Origin: Octopus vulgaris
Taxonomy: Eukaryota
Direction of reading: 5' to 3'
Assembly: GCA_951406725.2 (NCBI GenBank)
Contig: OX597821.1
Coordinates: 47,182,001 to 47,246,000 of the forward strand
Length of the DNA stretch: 64,000 nucleotides
Below, in pieces: positions 1 to 12,989 of this stretch. A program made the translations under genes and the position numbers. The notes under the pieces are model-generated. The model ran no database searches, had not been told where the DNA came from, and saw nothing but the letters and a program-made list of their open reading frames with translations. The stretch's first letter is position 1. Every line of letters begins with the position of its first letter.

Positions 1-7
1 TAACTAT

Positions 8-60
8 AGACGAAATACGGCTACGCATTTCGCCCGGCGTGCTACCGTTTCTGCCAGCTC
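8..60 (-). mobile_element. SINE family A, 5' head fragment
   Basis: Reverse complement GAGCTGGCAGAAACGGTAGCACGCCGGGCGAAATGCGTAGCCGTATTTCGTCT matches the head of the copy at 235. Confidence 0.85.
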
Positions 61-234
61 AAGATGGGTGTATAGACACACCGCTTCGTTTGGCTGACTG
101 ACCTTTTATTGTGAAGAAGCTCAAACAGGGCAGATCGGATGTTACACAACAAAAAGCATGTATGCGTGTCAACGAACAAGCCACTAAGCTATGCTTGAAT
201 TGCTAGAGATAACAGCTATATCTATCTATATCAA

Positions 235-464
235 GGCGGCGAGCTGGCAGAAACGTTAGCACGCCGGGCGAAATGCGTAGCCGTATTTCGTCTGTCGTTA
301 CGTTCCGAGTTCAAATTCCGCCGAGGTCGACTTTGCCTTTCATCCTTTCGGGGTCGATAAATTAAGTACCAGTTACGCACTGGGGTCGATGTAATCGACT
401 TAATCCCTTTGTCTGTCCTTGTTTGTCCCTTCTGTGTTTAGTCCCTTGTGGGTAGTAAAGAAAT
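235..464 (+). mobile_element. tRNA-derived SINE, family A, full length (~230 bp)
   Basis: Pol III A-box-like TGGCAGAAACG and B-box GTTCAAATTCC; central GCCTTTCATCCTTTCGGGGTCGATAAATTAAGTACCAG; tail CCCTTGTGGGTAGTAAAGAAATA. Near-identical copies at 12720, 13317 and 51767. Confidence 0.92.
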
Positions 465-2199
465 ATATATATCTATCTCATATTACACCCAACAGCATTA
501 GAAAGGAAGGATAGATTAGATAATGGTTATATAGTAGCATTGTGGCAGGAAAAATAAAAATAAGCGATGGGGGTTGTGGACGAAAGGTTACTCGAGGTTA
601 AACAACAGCAACAACACTAAGGATGACAACAACAACAACAAAAACAACAACAGTAATGACAGCAGGTGCAACAACAACAAAAACAAACCAAGGAAACAAA
701 CAATGATACCGTCTTAGTATCTTATGTAGTCCAAGATATACAAAAAAGATGGAATGGTCGCAGTTGGAACGCTAACATTGGTCTGCTCGATTAGATTTAA
801 TCTGGGGCTATACGGGACAACAACCACCAACAACAACAACGCCACAACTATCACCAAGACCTATGATAACAACAACAACAACAACGACAGCAAAGGCAGT
901 AGTAGCAGCAGCAGCAGCAGCAGCCGTATTTGCGTTGATTAACAAGGATGAAAGTAGTGAATAGGAAGGTGAATGGCGGAAGTCTGCTGTTCCGTCGTCG
1001 AATCCCCTGCTATCAACTTCCTGTAATAAGGCGTGTTCCAGAGAGTGTAGCCCCCTCCACCACACTTTACACACACACACACAGAACACAAGACTTAATA
1101 CACGCACACACACTCACACACGCGCACGCAAGGACGCACACACACACGCACACATTCATACAAACACAATCTTCAAGGTGGGATGGGTAGTCAGATGTAT
1201 TTCAATCCCGGTATACTCTTTCACTTCCCCTCGACGCTTCTACTCTCTCTCTCTCCCCTTTTCTCTTTCTCTCTTTCTCTTTCTCTCAGTCTCTCCCTGT
1301 CTCTCTCTTTACCTCTCTTCTTCTCTGTATATTTATATATATATATATATATAATAAATAAATAAAATATATGCATATATACATACATATATGTACATAC
1401 TTACATCTACATGTATATATACAAGCATATATATATATGAGTACAGGACACCACAAATAAAGGTAGAACACAACGAGAAACGAAAACATAAAATCAAAAC
1501 AAGGAAACGGACTTTTTTTAACAACGAAAAACAGAGTACAAGACAAACAACACAAGGAAAATTCCCCTTCATCAACTGCCCCTGGTTCGACTCAATGCGT
1601 GTTTCGAAGGTAATATACGTGTGTGTGTGTGCGTGCGTGTGTGTGTGTATGTGTCTGTGTGTGTGTGTGTAAGTTGTTATTAATCCAAAGAAGTGGAGGA
1701 ATAGAAAAAGAATTTAAATTGAAAATACAGAGAGAATAAATTAGAATTAATTTGAATTTAATTATATTTTGAAATAGAGGAATGCACATGACTGGTTTCA
1801 AAATAGATCTTTAAAAGTCTTTTATGTAAAGTGTTGTGTCACAGATTATGTTTATTCTTGCTATTATTACAAAAATGGTTTGTTTTTAAAGAAGGAATGT
1901 AGCTCAGAGCGCTATCCATTACAGTACAAATTGATTGATCAGCGTACATGGATTACACTCTCGTGGCAGTCGCGCTGGAAGGTCACATCAACGAACATGT
2001 CATGTTAGCAAATTCTTCATTATTTTCGAAATTAATTGACAAAGGCAGTGTGTTGCAACAGAAATATGGTAACAGAAGAGTTACGAAGAAAATAGAATAA
2101 TTTAGATAGGTCATGTTTTTAATGAGGTAATATGTAAGGGTGAGGTTTGGATGGCGTTCTTATCGCATGGAGGTGACCAGTTCTGTATTGCTTACTCAC

Positions 2200-2525
2200 A
2201 ACAATTAAGAAGAGGCTTACTAAGAACCAACTTTTGGAGATGTTTCCGCACTATTACTGATGTTTTTTATAGCCTGTTCAGCAGTGGGTCGTATTTTTTT
2301 AATAAGAGAACTTGCCTTATTAATTCTTGCTTGGTCTGGAGTATTGTCTGCACATTGATAAAGTCGGAGGACAAGAAATTTAGGAAATTTGCTTTTCGCG
2401 CACGCGCATCTGTCCAGATGTTTAGGAAGTGGAATATATCTTGTTTTGAGAGTATGTATTTGTTGATGAATATTTTGTTTCATTCTTAAGAACAGTGTCT
2501 CTTGTATCAATGGCATAAATACATT
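2200..2525 (-). pseudogene. Decayed Penelope-like GIY-YIG endonuclease C-terminal region
   Basis: ORF 2220-2516 reads QET-LFLRMKQNIHQQI...YIPLPKHLDRCA...F...RINK...LIKKIRP, following the PLE endonuclease pattern (GET..L..R...H..QI...HL..C...R..KE..FI...P.LN). Truncated by the SINE at 2530. Confidence 0.5.
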
Positions 2526-2529
2526 AAGT

Positions 2530-2978
2530 CTGTGTGGTAAGAAGCTTGCTTCCTAACCGCATGCTTCCGGATTCAGTCCCATTGCGCGGCATCTTGGACA
2601 AGTGTCTTCTACTATAGCCTTCGGCTGACCAAAGCCTTGTAAGTGGATTTGGTAGACGGAAACTGAGAGAAACCCATCGTATATATATGTATATGTGTGT
2701 GTGTGTGTTATGTATGTGTGCGTGTATTTGTGTGAATGTGTGTCTTTGTGTGTGTGAGTGAGTGAGTGCATGTGTCTGTGTTTGTTCCCCACCATCGCTT
2801 GACAGCCGATGCTGGTGTGTTTATGTCCCCATTACATAGCGGCTCGTCAAAAGAAACCGATAGAATAAATACCAGGCTTACAAAAAATAAGTCCTAGGGT
2901 CGATTTCCTCGACTTAAACCTTCCAAGTCGGTACTCCAGCATGCCCGTAGTCAAATGACTGAAACAAGTAAAAAGAAT

Positions 2979-2982
<4 letters not shown>
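2530..2982 (+). mobile_element. tRNA-derived SINE, family B, with internal (TA/TG)n tract
   Basis: CTGTGTGGTAAG...GGATTCAGTCCC head, CTTGGACAAGTGTCTT, internal microsatellite, tail CTCCAGCATG..GTCAAATGACTGAAACAAGTAAAA. Copies at 22848, 33951 and 48172. Confidence 0.9.
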
Positions 2983-3036
<54 letters not shown>

Positions 3037-3245
3037 CGGGAAGCTTTATGAAAATAAACAAAAGACGAAGGTAGGTGGAATACAAACAAACAATTGTATT
3101 AGTATGGCGCTCAGGAATATAAATAAAACAAGTCTTTTACGTTTCGAGCCTACGCTCTTCAACAGAAAGATACACAGAAAAGAAACACGGAGAGAAACAA
3201 GGAGAGAAAAAAATGCGTGAAGAAGCTAGCGAATCAACATGGCGA
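3037..3245 (-). mobile_element. Penelope-like terminal repeat (pLTR) fragment in (TA)n
   Basis: Homologous to 37880-38035 (opposite strand) and related to 16735 and 20690. Contains a hammerhead motif; flanked by (TA)n. Confidence 0.65.
3133..3170 (-). ncRNA. Minimal type I hammerhead ribozyme motif (A6U variant)
   Basis: Minus strand: UCUUU-CUGUUGA-A-GAGC-GUAG-GCUC-GAAA-CG-UA-AAAGA. Stem I 5 bp, stem II 4 bp, palindromic ACGU at stem III. Confidence 0.6.
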
Positions 3246-3279
3246 TATATATATATACTTTATTTAAAAGCAGCAAATA

Positions 3280-4270
3280 CAGACATGCATGAAGTAAATG
3301 GACACTTTTAATTTTCAAAATTTCAGATCGAAGCGTCTTAATATGTTTCCAGCGGTGTAGAATTCACAATGTAATTATTCTTTTTCATTCCAGGTGCCAT
3401 TATATTAAACATTTGCGAAGAGTAACCATGCTACGCAGAACAAATTCAGCAGGACTGTCAGATTTTCAAAGAGGTCTTAGTGCTGAGAAATCTGAGGCTG
3501 GTCTTTGCCAGCTAAAAATTGCCGAAAATCTTCAAATTCCTCTTGCTACTGTTAATAGAATTATAGTGCAATTCAAAAACCAAGGAAAAGAATCAACAGA
3601 TTCTCGTCCTGGCCAACCAGGGCCCTCGGAAAAGAAGCTTCACTGTTTGAAGAGAATTGTAAAAAACGAACCCCGTTCGAAGGCTTCTGGCATTGCAAAA
3701 CAGCTAGAAGTTATTCTAAGAACGTGCTTTATATATCTGCATAAGCTTGGGTATTATGGACGAGCAGCTAGATGCAAACCTCTCCTTCAACCAATTAATA
3801 TCATGAAAAGAAAGAAATGGGCTAAGGAGATGTCAGAAAAATCCATTTTATTTTGGGATAGAGTAATTTTCTCAGATGAATCCAAATTTGCATTATTTTC
3901 AGACAATGGACGTGTTTGGGTCTGGAGGCTTCTCAATCGAGAATTTGACTCCAACAAACTGTGAAACGTAGTGGTATCTCTGTAATGGTATGGGGAGTAA
4001 TCGCCAGCAATGGTCATTCTGAACTGATCGAATGTGTTGGAACCATAAACTCTGAAAAATACATTGAAATACTTAAGCACAGACTACTTCCGATGTATTC
4101 ACATGATAATATAACGGAAAAGGAGTTTTTATTACTGGAAGATGGGGTTCCATGCCAACAGCAAAAAGGAATCAACAATGGCTGACTGAAAATGGGACCC
4201 AAAAGCCTCCTTGGCCGAGCCAATCTCCTGACATGAACCCAATTGAAAATCTTTGGAACATACTAGATAG
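3280..4270 (+). mobile_element. Tc1-family (DD34E) transposon remnant with frameshifted transposase
   Basis: TA|CAGACATGC.. probable left TIR; ATG at 3428; HTH region; WDRVIFSDESKF, SVMVWGVI, EDGVPC, WPSQSPDMNPIENLW. D-to-E spacing is 34 after repairing a 1-nt deletion; at least 2 frameshifts; 3' truncated. Confidence 0.93.
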
Positions 4271-4899
4271 CTATACGTATATATATATATATATATATAT
4301 ACGCCTACACATGAAAACATCCTTGCATATGCATATACAAATACACCGACCCGACACATAGTTTCTCTCTTTCTCTCCCCTATCACTGTTTCTCTGTAAA
4401 CGTATGTATGTATCACTCCATCTATATCACAAAAACTACTACTACAACTATTACCACCGCCACCACAACTACTACTACTACCACCACTAATACTACTGCC
4501 GCTGATGCTACTGCTGGTGCTGCTGACGCTGCTATGATAAAAGAAAAAAAATAAAGTACAAAAAGCTTGTTTGGTCACAGCTGGAATAGTTATGTTAACA
4601 AATCTGCTGGACCAGAGATCTCGGAACTGACCTGGGGCTAAAATTTACACCAATCCTTTCCATTCTTGCTACACCATACATAAAACCTCTTCGTTTCGTT
4701 TTACCTCGTTATGCTTGTAGTAACACTTTCTCACGCTTATGTTTTGTTTCCCTCCTTCTCTTCTTCATGCATATACAGACAAGTTATGAGACAAAGACTG
4801 TTTAATCTGTTCAAGGAAGAGATATTGACTTTTCGGTCAATTTTTCCTTTGTCAGGATAAACGGGGGAAAGTAAAAGTGTTGTTGGAGAAAACAAATCG

Positions 4900-5850
4900 T
4901 TATCCACGTTGTATGATGAAGAGTAGCATAATGGAAGTAGGTAAGGGTGTGTTATATTGGGCAGATAATAGCGTGGTGAGCAGTGGGTGAATGTAGGTTA
5001 TGCTCTAAAAGCCTAGGTATGTGATGGGTGAGGTGAGTGGAGGAGGTAGTAATGATGTAAAGTTATACGGGGAGATTTGGACACACTGCCATGTTTGTGT
5101 GAGTAACAAAAATATTTTTCGGTGTAAAGAAGGTAACCTGTATATATTTAGAAATGGTTGGTATGGATGTGTGTGTACACCTATTAGTGGATAAGGTGGG
5201 AGTAGAGTAAAGCTAATCGATTATCGGCGGAAAAATAAACATTGTTCATAGGGAATCGGGAAATAACTATAGAGGGGCAAGATGAAAGTAGAAGTGGTCT
5301 GCAGAATTGAGGTGGCGAGCAGCGGTTCGGGTAATCTGTTGCTATTTCACCAAACAATCCATAGATTCTCTCTATATCGATTTTCCTATGTAAAATCCAG
5401 TCGATTTTCCTATGTATAATAAACCAAGAAGTGGGTAGTTAATGTGATGTATTTTGTGGAGTGAATGTGAAGCGAACTGTGACATAGAAAAGGAACCTGG
5501 TAATATGCAAGGGGGTAATAGTTTGGACTGCATCAATGCCAGGATAAGTAACCACGTTGGAGAAAACTGAGCAACTTGGTGGGATTTAACTTCGGCTATA
5601 GAGACTGCTTAGTGAAGGAACTGTGAGTAGAGGGTAGATTATTTCATATAAATGGAGGGTGGGATGAGGAGAAATCGAAGTCTTAATGAGACTTGGTAAA
5701 TTTGTAATAAACAGATGGAAAGATTGGTGGGGACTAATTGAAATAGATGGGCCTAATTATCTGACAGAACGTGTTATAAAGGAGTAAAGCCGGTGGTGCT
5801 GCCATAGTTATCACTCTAGTGACTACTACTAAAACTTGCCAATATGATAG
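4900..5850 (-). pseudogene. Possible very old Penelope-like RT thumb/linker remnant
   Basis: Minus-strand snippets DFSSSHPP (cf. S-x-HP) and LQRGY (cf. FLxRGYP) in the expected order; otherwise heavily disrupted. Confidence 0.3.
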
Positions 5851-6085
5851 GCTAGTGCATAGAGAATTACATAGCGCGGTCCTTAACGAGGCAGAAACAT
5901 ATATGGGGCTCTAGATCTATAGTGGACACTTTTTCTTTTAACCTAGAGCTACTCACTGATGAATGACTGGACAGCAATCTACTTACATGAAGCAACGAAG
6001 GGACTTCTATATGATCTCAACCAAATGTTTTTCAAGTCACACCCTTAAAAAAGGACACATTAGATAATGCAGTTCCAAATACATT

Positions 6086-6405
6086 GCTGAGAAACCCTTC
6101 GGTCATGACTGACCATGGGATTGCACCTAGAAAGTTAGCCTCCGAGGCACAAGTCTGGGCCAGGCTGTTTATGGAAGACCAGCAGTTGCCCATGCATACC
6201 GGCCTCCCCTCTCCACACCACCAGTGTTATCCAATGGAAAGGCAAAGGCCGATACAGCTTGGCAACTCATTTCTACAGTTAACTGGAGCAACGTGAAATA
6301 AAGTATCTTACTCAAGAACACAACACACAGCCCGGTCTGGCATTCGAACTCGCAACCTCATGATCGTAAGCTCGACGCTCTAACCTCTGAGCCATGCGCC
6401 TTCTC
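6086..6405 (-). mobile_element. tRNA-derived SINE, family C, with 12-bp target-site duplication
   Basis: Minus strand GGCGCATGGCTCAGAGGTTAGAGCG (A box) ... GTTCGAATGCC (B box); TCCAAATACATT duplicated at 6074-6085 and 6406-6417. Confidence 0.88.
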
Positions 6406-6639
6406 TCCAAATACATTATGTCTCAGTAAAAAGCAAGTAGGAGAGGATTATAGTTGAACCACCTTTGATTATAGGTCTGCTGGATCAAGGCTCACCTGGT
6501 GTTAAACAACACTAACGTTAACATCCGATTTGCATATTAAGTGGATGGAAGAGAAACATGTCTCCTTTGCGGATAACTATGAGGAAAGAGACGAATTTGA
6601 ATTCCAAACTACAAGACGTAGGAAGTGTTCACTTTGTTG

Positions 6640-6810
6640 TCTGAAATGGTAGAAACAACAGCAAAGTCTTCTTCAAATCAAACTCACCCAACCTTAAATG
6701 GATAATACAGTCTCCATACACACCTAAAATGCCAAGTGGTCAAGGCTAGAATAATTTTAATGATTAGGTGTACTCGGTCAAAATTGACCTGGGGCTAAGC
6801 AGTAACAAAT
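6640..6810 (+). repeat. Old dispersed ~200-bp repeat ending GACCTGGGGCTAAACAAC(AAC)n
   Basis: Related segments at about 195-610, 700-840, 4540-4645, 5990-6515 (split by the SINE), 14860-15010 and 15090-15270 share CTGCTAGAAATAGCAG..CTTCAAATCACAC and/or the GGGGCTAAACAAC end. Confidence 0.55.
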
Positions 6811-7449
6811 AATTAAGTACTTGGAGTGTAAGCACTGAATACAGTAACATAATTACCTTTCTGTATGATGGACTCGACCGTTGTCAGTTAAGTGCTTTGT
6901 CTACACTTCCGGTGACATGATGATACGAACTACAGACTTCTCAGTTGGATGTATGCTGTATTTAATAACTAGGCTGCCAACTTCACATCTCCACACCCAC
7001 AAACACTTTTATTTCGGTGTTCGTTCCTTTCTTTCCATCTATCTATCCTGCTCTCTTTAAATACTTGTTACTTGTCTACTCTCTCTCTCTCTTTCTCTTC
7101 CCTTCCTCCTCTTCCTCCTTCTGTCTTTCCCTCTCTTTCTTTCTCCTTTTCTCTATCGCTCTCCCTCATTCTCGTACTTTCACACACTCTCTTTGTCTAT
7201 ATTGTTACAACTATTTCTCTCATTCTCTCTCTATTTTTCTGCTCTCTATGGTCTCTTCTTTCTTTCTCCCCCCCTTCTCTCTCTCTTCTTCGTCGTATTT
7301 ATATCTATGACCAATTCCCACCCTGCTTTCTTTTAACATTCCACTGTCTTCCACCCTTTCTCAGACAACCACCTTATCTCCGCTTCACTCTCATAAACAT
7401 GTCAGTTACCTACCCGCACTTCACACACACTATTCATCACCAACTGCAG

Positions 7450-8280
7450 AGAAAGTAACTTGACATGAAGAAAACCTTCGACCGTATTTATCACAACAAC
7501 CTCCTGGCTAAGATGCCCGCCTATGAACACCATCCGTCTCTCATCTCTTGGATTGGATGTTTCCTGCCTCGCCATTTCATCGCAGCATGTGGTAAAAGGT
7601 TGTCTCCGACCCACATTCTATCGAATCTAATATGCCTCAGGGTTCGATTAAGTCACACACATACTTTCATGCTCTACATTAATATCCTTTCCTTGTTACG
7701 TCTAACCACATAGGTTTTTAGATAGACACGACTCGTAAGCGTTGCATAAATTTCCGGTAACAGTTATCATCGGCACGCAATTTTCACACATTACACCAGA
7801 ATTGCACCAGTTCTGTAAACAGAAACCTCAAACATACCCGTAAGTGGAGTCATGGAAACCAAGTTTTCACAACACCAAAAGACTCGTTACATATAACGTC
7901 GTTATAAATATCGGGATTCAATATATGGTGAACTCTATACAGAGACAAGAGTGCAAAATTGTTAGCACGCCGGGCAAAATGCTTAGCGGCATTCCGTCCG
8001 TCTTTACATTTTCAGCTCAAATTCTGCCGAGGTCAGCTTTGCCTTTCATCCTTTTGAGGTCGATGAAATATATGGTGAACTCTCGTAATAACCTACATAT
8101 ATAAAACATTACTGAAATTTCATCAGAAAGATTTAGATTCCTCTTTTAGTGCCAGGAAAGATTTAAACAGCTGTATTTGCTAATAAGTAGAATCCATACT
8201 GCTCCCATATCTGGGACGGTTCTGCTCTTACACATACAAACATCCTTGACTGAATCCAAAGAAAACCATCCAACTGGAAA
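7450..8280 (+). pseudogene. Decayed LINE reverse transcriptase (CR1/Jockey-like)
   Basis: LDMKKTFDRIYHNNLLAKMPAY...PSLISWIGCFL matches the RT motif LD.SKAFD.V.H..LL.KL..YG; later FRFLFSARK. Interrupted by a SINE A remnant at about 7955-8070. Confidence 0.6.
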
Positions 8281-9435
8281 GTAAACATTTAAATATTAAC
8301 ATACTTTAAACGCAAGAACACAAGTTTAGGCAACTGAGCATGCGCATAATGCACTACCGCTTGGTTATTCAGTGTCTTATTTGGTCATTTGTATTATCTC
8401 AGCTACACACATACAGACACATACAGACACAGACACACACAGACACACACACACATAGATACATACATGCATGTACATACACATACACATATACATACAT
8501 GTATACACACACACAAACACACACACGCAAACATACACATACACATACACATACGCGCGCACACATACACACACATATTGTCTTTTAACTTTTACTTGTT
8601 TTGGACTGTGGCCAGGTGGGGCACTGCTTTGAAGAATTTTAGTCGAAGGAATTGACTCCAGTTCTCTTTTTGCTGTTTTCTTGGTTTTTGTTGGTTCTTT
8701 TTTTCGTAAAGCCTGGTACATATTCTACCGGCCTCTTTTGCTGGGTCGCTATGTGATAGGAACATAAACGCGCTATGTAATGGGAACACAAATCGGCAAC
8801 TCAGTTTTCAGATGTATTCGTCAATTTCCGCAAAAATTGTTTATTTCTTTACTATTTGAAGAAAACAGAAATTGAAAGAGAAGAGAAAGTGAAACCGCGA
8901 CATTTGCTTTGAAGTGCGAGGAGAAAGTAAAAGATGTATGTACGTGTATATGAAATGGACGTGCATGTGTGTGCGCGCGCGTGTGCGTGAGAGAGAGAGA
9001 GAATGAATGAGTGAAGGTGTGTGTTGCCATGTATATGTAAGTGGCATTCCCTCGATCTCTCTGTCCCATACTCACACACACATCTTTCTTATACACATAC
9101 ACAAATACATATGCATACATCTTTTTTGAATATGTGTGTGCATGTGTGAGAGAGAGAGAGGGAGAGTGAGTGACTGTATTTTGTCATAAGATATAGAGAA
9201 ATGGATGTCTTTTGAGGTACACACTCATATTGAAAATGTGACGTCATCGTCGTTATCGTCGTGGTATAAAATGTTTACGATAGTTGACTTATAGAAAAGA
9301 TTATAATGTAAAACTTTTGTAATGCAAATATGTAGATGAAAATAAAGTTTATTTGGCATTCATACGATTTCTGAATCTTTTGATACACCATACGTCAAAA
9401 TCGGCAACGCAGGTTTCGAATGCATAAGGAAGATA

Positions 9436-9470
<35 letters not shown>

Positions 9471-9476
9471 TCACAT

Positions 9477-9514
<38 letters not shown>

Positions 9515-9868
9515 TCACACACACGCACACACACAAAAACTCTCTTTTATACATATAGAAGGCGTCCCTGTCTCTCACATTCCCTGTGTGTCCATCTCTT
9601 CATGTCTCCCCCTCTTCCCTGATATCAGCCACTTCATTATGCCACATTTCCCTAGGCCTAACACTTTTGCACCCCTCTAATTCTATCATGTAATAGCCCA
9701 ACCACCGTAGTCGGTCGATTATCGATTTTTATTTGAAATTCAATTAGCCTATAATTGACTGGATGTTAGTTCAACATGTATACAAAGTTTGGTGAAGAGT
9801 GACACTCTGGTTTGGGTAGTAAAATAGTAATAGACAGACAGGTTGAAATTGCCATTTATATATATGAT

Positions 9869-9938
<70 letters not shown>

Positions 9939-10506
9939 CCAGGACTATTTCCCGCAGTTTGAGGAGGGGGTAGCCACAACAAGACACACACCAGGCATTC
10001 TATTCATTTCCCACCTCAAAGAAGCGAGTCCCGTTCTATACTCGGGTCAAGGCATAGAACGCAACCCCCAACGTCAGCAGCAGGGCCCGGCAGCAAATGC
10101 CAGTTTATTCCCGGCACATCATGCTAGTTCCGTACTCCTTTGAGCAACATCAAATTCACTCATCCATCCACAAGCACTCTCCAAGCATCCTTATCATTTA
10201 TAAACTCCTTTACCTCTACAACACCTCTAACCACCAAACCTTTCCTCACTCCATCCATCCACACAAACCAAGGTCTCCTTCTGGGTCTACAACCTGTCAC
10301 TTCTTCCTTCATCACCCTCCTTACGATCCGCACCTCTTAGCAACTATTATTCCTAGGTCTACTCTGGCCCGGAGTGGTATCACATGTAAGGGTCTCACCT
10401 ATGGGTTAACTAGTAAAACCCTTGCCACTGCGTGGCGTAAGGGGCGGGAGCGAAGAGACTGAGAATCCACTCCTCTTACTAATTTCATATTCCTAAAAAG
10501 ATAACA

Positions 10507-10551
<45 letters not shown>

Positions 10552-10763
10552 TGTAACAGCATCATTTTCTTTTATTGTTGCTGGCTACTATAATAGTTTG
10601 GCAATAAAAACCTCCACAATAACCACATTACTAAGAAGATAAAACTGAAAGGATCTCGGAAGAATTAATGGACTTTTGATAAATGGATGTTGGAAACTGA
10701 AGGGGAACATGAAGAAAACAACAAAAATATTTAATATAAAATTCACCAACACAGTCGTGTCTT

Positions 10764-10862
<99 letters not shown>

Positions 10863-11376
10863 CGCATACATGTATTTATGTCCATTATATATTCCAACGG
10901 CTCTGCTCCTCCTTACGCCTTGCTCTACCTTCTTTTGTCTCCACACTGCTACAATCAGTCACCCTTTTCTTCCACTCTTGTTAACCCCCTATATCTCTCC
11001 CATGACTTCTGTTTTACTAACACACATCGTCCCTTTCCCACCTTAACACTCTCCTCCAACAAGCCCCTAAATTATAGTTTATCAAACTGATACGTCTGTC
11101 GTCGGAGACTTGGAGGAACAGCTGACACACAAGAGGCTCTAAATATTAGTTATTCACATTTACAAGACTTCTATATTATTTCTATATGTTACGCAGAAAT
11201 GAAGTAATATATTAGATGTGTGAAATACCGTGAGAATTTAAACAGCTTGGGCACCAGAAATGTCCAATACCGTGACATCAATCCTACATCGCTTTACTTT
11301 CTTTTCAGAGAGCGGAAAACAAGTGTGAGGTTAATGAAGTAAGTCCTACCAAGGCTCAAACCAAGGATATACATGT

Positions 11377-11428
<52 letters not shown>

Positions 11429-11458
11429 AATATAGGAAATATATATATATATAAATAT

Positions 11459-11506
<48 letters not shown>

Positions 11507-11601
11507 TAACAATGAAGGGTGAAATTAATTAATTTGGAATAATTATCAATTACACCAAGTAGTCTTCGGCATGTAAAAGCCTCATTCGAGGAAAATTTAA
11601 G

Positions 11602-11939
11602 TATATAAGCAATTAGGGTTTAGCAACGAATTGCCTTACCACACACCGAATTTAGAAATAGCAGTCAAAGAGATTATAGCTATTTCTTCTACTAAAGGGA
11701 GATCACAGTAAAGGCACAGCATTTGAAAGGCAAACACAAACAGGCAAAAGAGAATGAATTAACGGCAAAACTGTATGATAGATTGCCGTTAATTCATTCT
11801 CTTTTGCCTGTTTGTTTGCCTTTCAAATGCTGTGCCTATACTGTGATCTCCCTTTAGTAGAAGAAATAGCTATAATCTCTTTGACTGCTATTTCTAAATT
11901 CGGTGTGTATAAGGCAATTCGTTGCCAAACCCTTAATTG

Positions 11940-11947
<8 letters not shown>
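11602..11947. repeat. Long inverted repeat, ~165-bp arms with 14-nt spacer
   Basis: ...GAGAATGAATTAACGGCAA-aactgtatgataga-TTGCCGTTAATTCATTCTC...; arms complementary apart from a few mismatches and small indels. Confidence 0.95.
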
Positions 11948-11983
<36 letters not shown>

Positions 11984-12253
11984 TAATATATATATAAATA
12001 TATATATATTGATATATAGGAAATAACATTTTAAGCATATATATATATATATATGTATATACATATATATATATATATATGCTTAAAATGTTATTTCCTA
12101 TTTTCAACATATACAGTGAAAACATTTTTCGTAAACATAAAAAGATTGTTTACGAAGAAATTTCACTTGCCACCTTTCTTAACATACGTAGAATACGCAT
12201 ATGCATACATACGTACGTACGTGTGTGTGTGCTCTGTGTGTGTGTGTGTGTGT

Positions 12254-12286
<33 letters not shown>

Positions 12287-12719
12287 TGCACGTGTGTTTT
12301 GATATATTTTATCTTTTATTTGTTTCACACACAGAGACACCAAAGTGGCTGGCGTTTATCTGAGTCGGCAAGACATTATATCGTATATTCGTGATGAGTG
12401 AAAAATCGAACGTTTTGCTCAGGCTCCTTTGTTAGGTTAAAGTTGAAAGAGGAATATAAATAAAGACTCCAGAGTTTTATATCTGGTAAGTTTTAAAAAA
12501 ATTGGCTACAACACAGGACTACATGATCTTCATACGTGAATAAAAAGTAGTAGGGAAACTGTGTGAGAAAGTAGAAGTGAAAAAAGTAATGGAATATGGA
12601 GGAGGAGGAGAAGCGAGTGAAGTTGAGAGTGAGGAGAGGAAAAAGATGAAGTTAAAGTGAGATGAAAGTTATGAAATGCTTTAATGAATTTGAGGCCCGT
12701 CTCGCGAGAGCTTCTGGAC

Positions 12720-12950
12720 GGCGGCGAGCTGGCAGAAACATTAGCACGCCGGGCGAAATGCGTAGCCGTATTTCGTCTGTCGTTACGTTGTGAGTTCAAA
12801 TTCCGCCGAGGTCAACTTTGCCTTTCATCCTTTCGGGGTCGATAAATTAAGTACCAGTTACGCACTGGGGTCGATGTAATTGCCTTAATACCTATGTCTG
12901 TCCTTGTTTGTCCCCTCTATGTTTAGCCCCTTGTGGGTAATAAAGAAATA
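12720..12950 (+). mobile_element. SINE family A, full length
   Basis: Colinear with 235-464. Confidence 0.92.
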
Positions 12951-12989
12951 GGTATATGGAAAGAAAATACTTTCACTTGAAACTACTGG

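Noticed and set aside
235-330. Possible tRNA genes at SINE heads
   Set aside because: A/B boxes are present, but there is no complete cloverleaf and the heads run into SINE bodies in multiple copies.
3413-4270. Active or domesticated Tc1 transposase gene
   Set aside because: Frameshifts, deletions and a missing right end.
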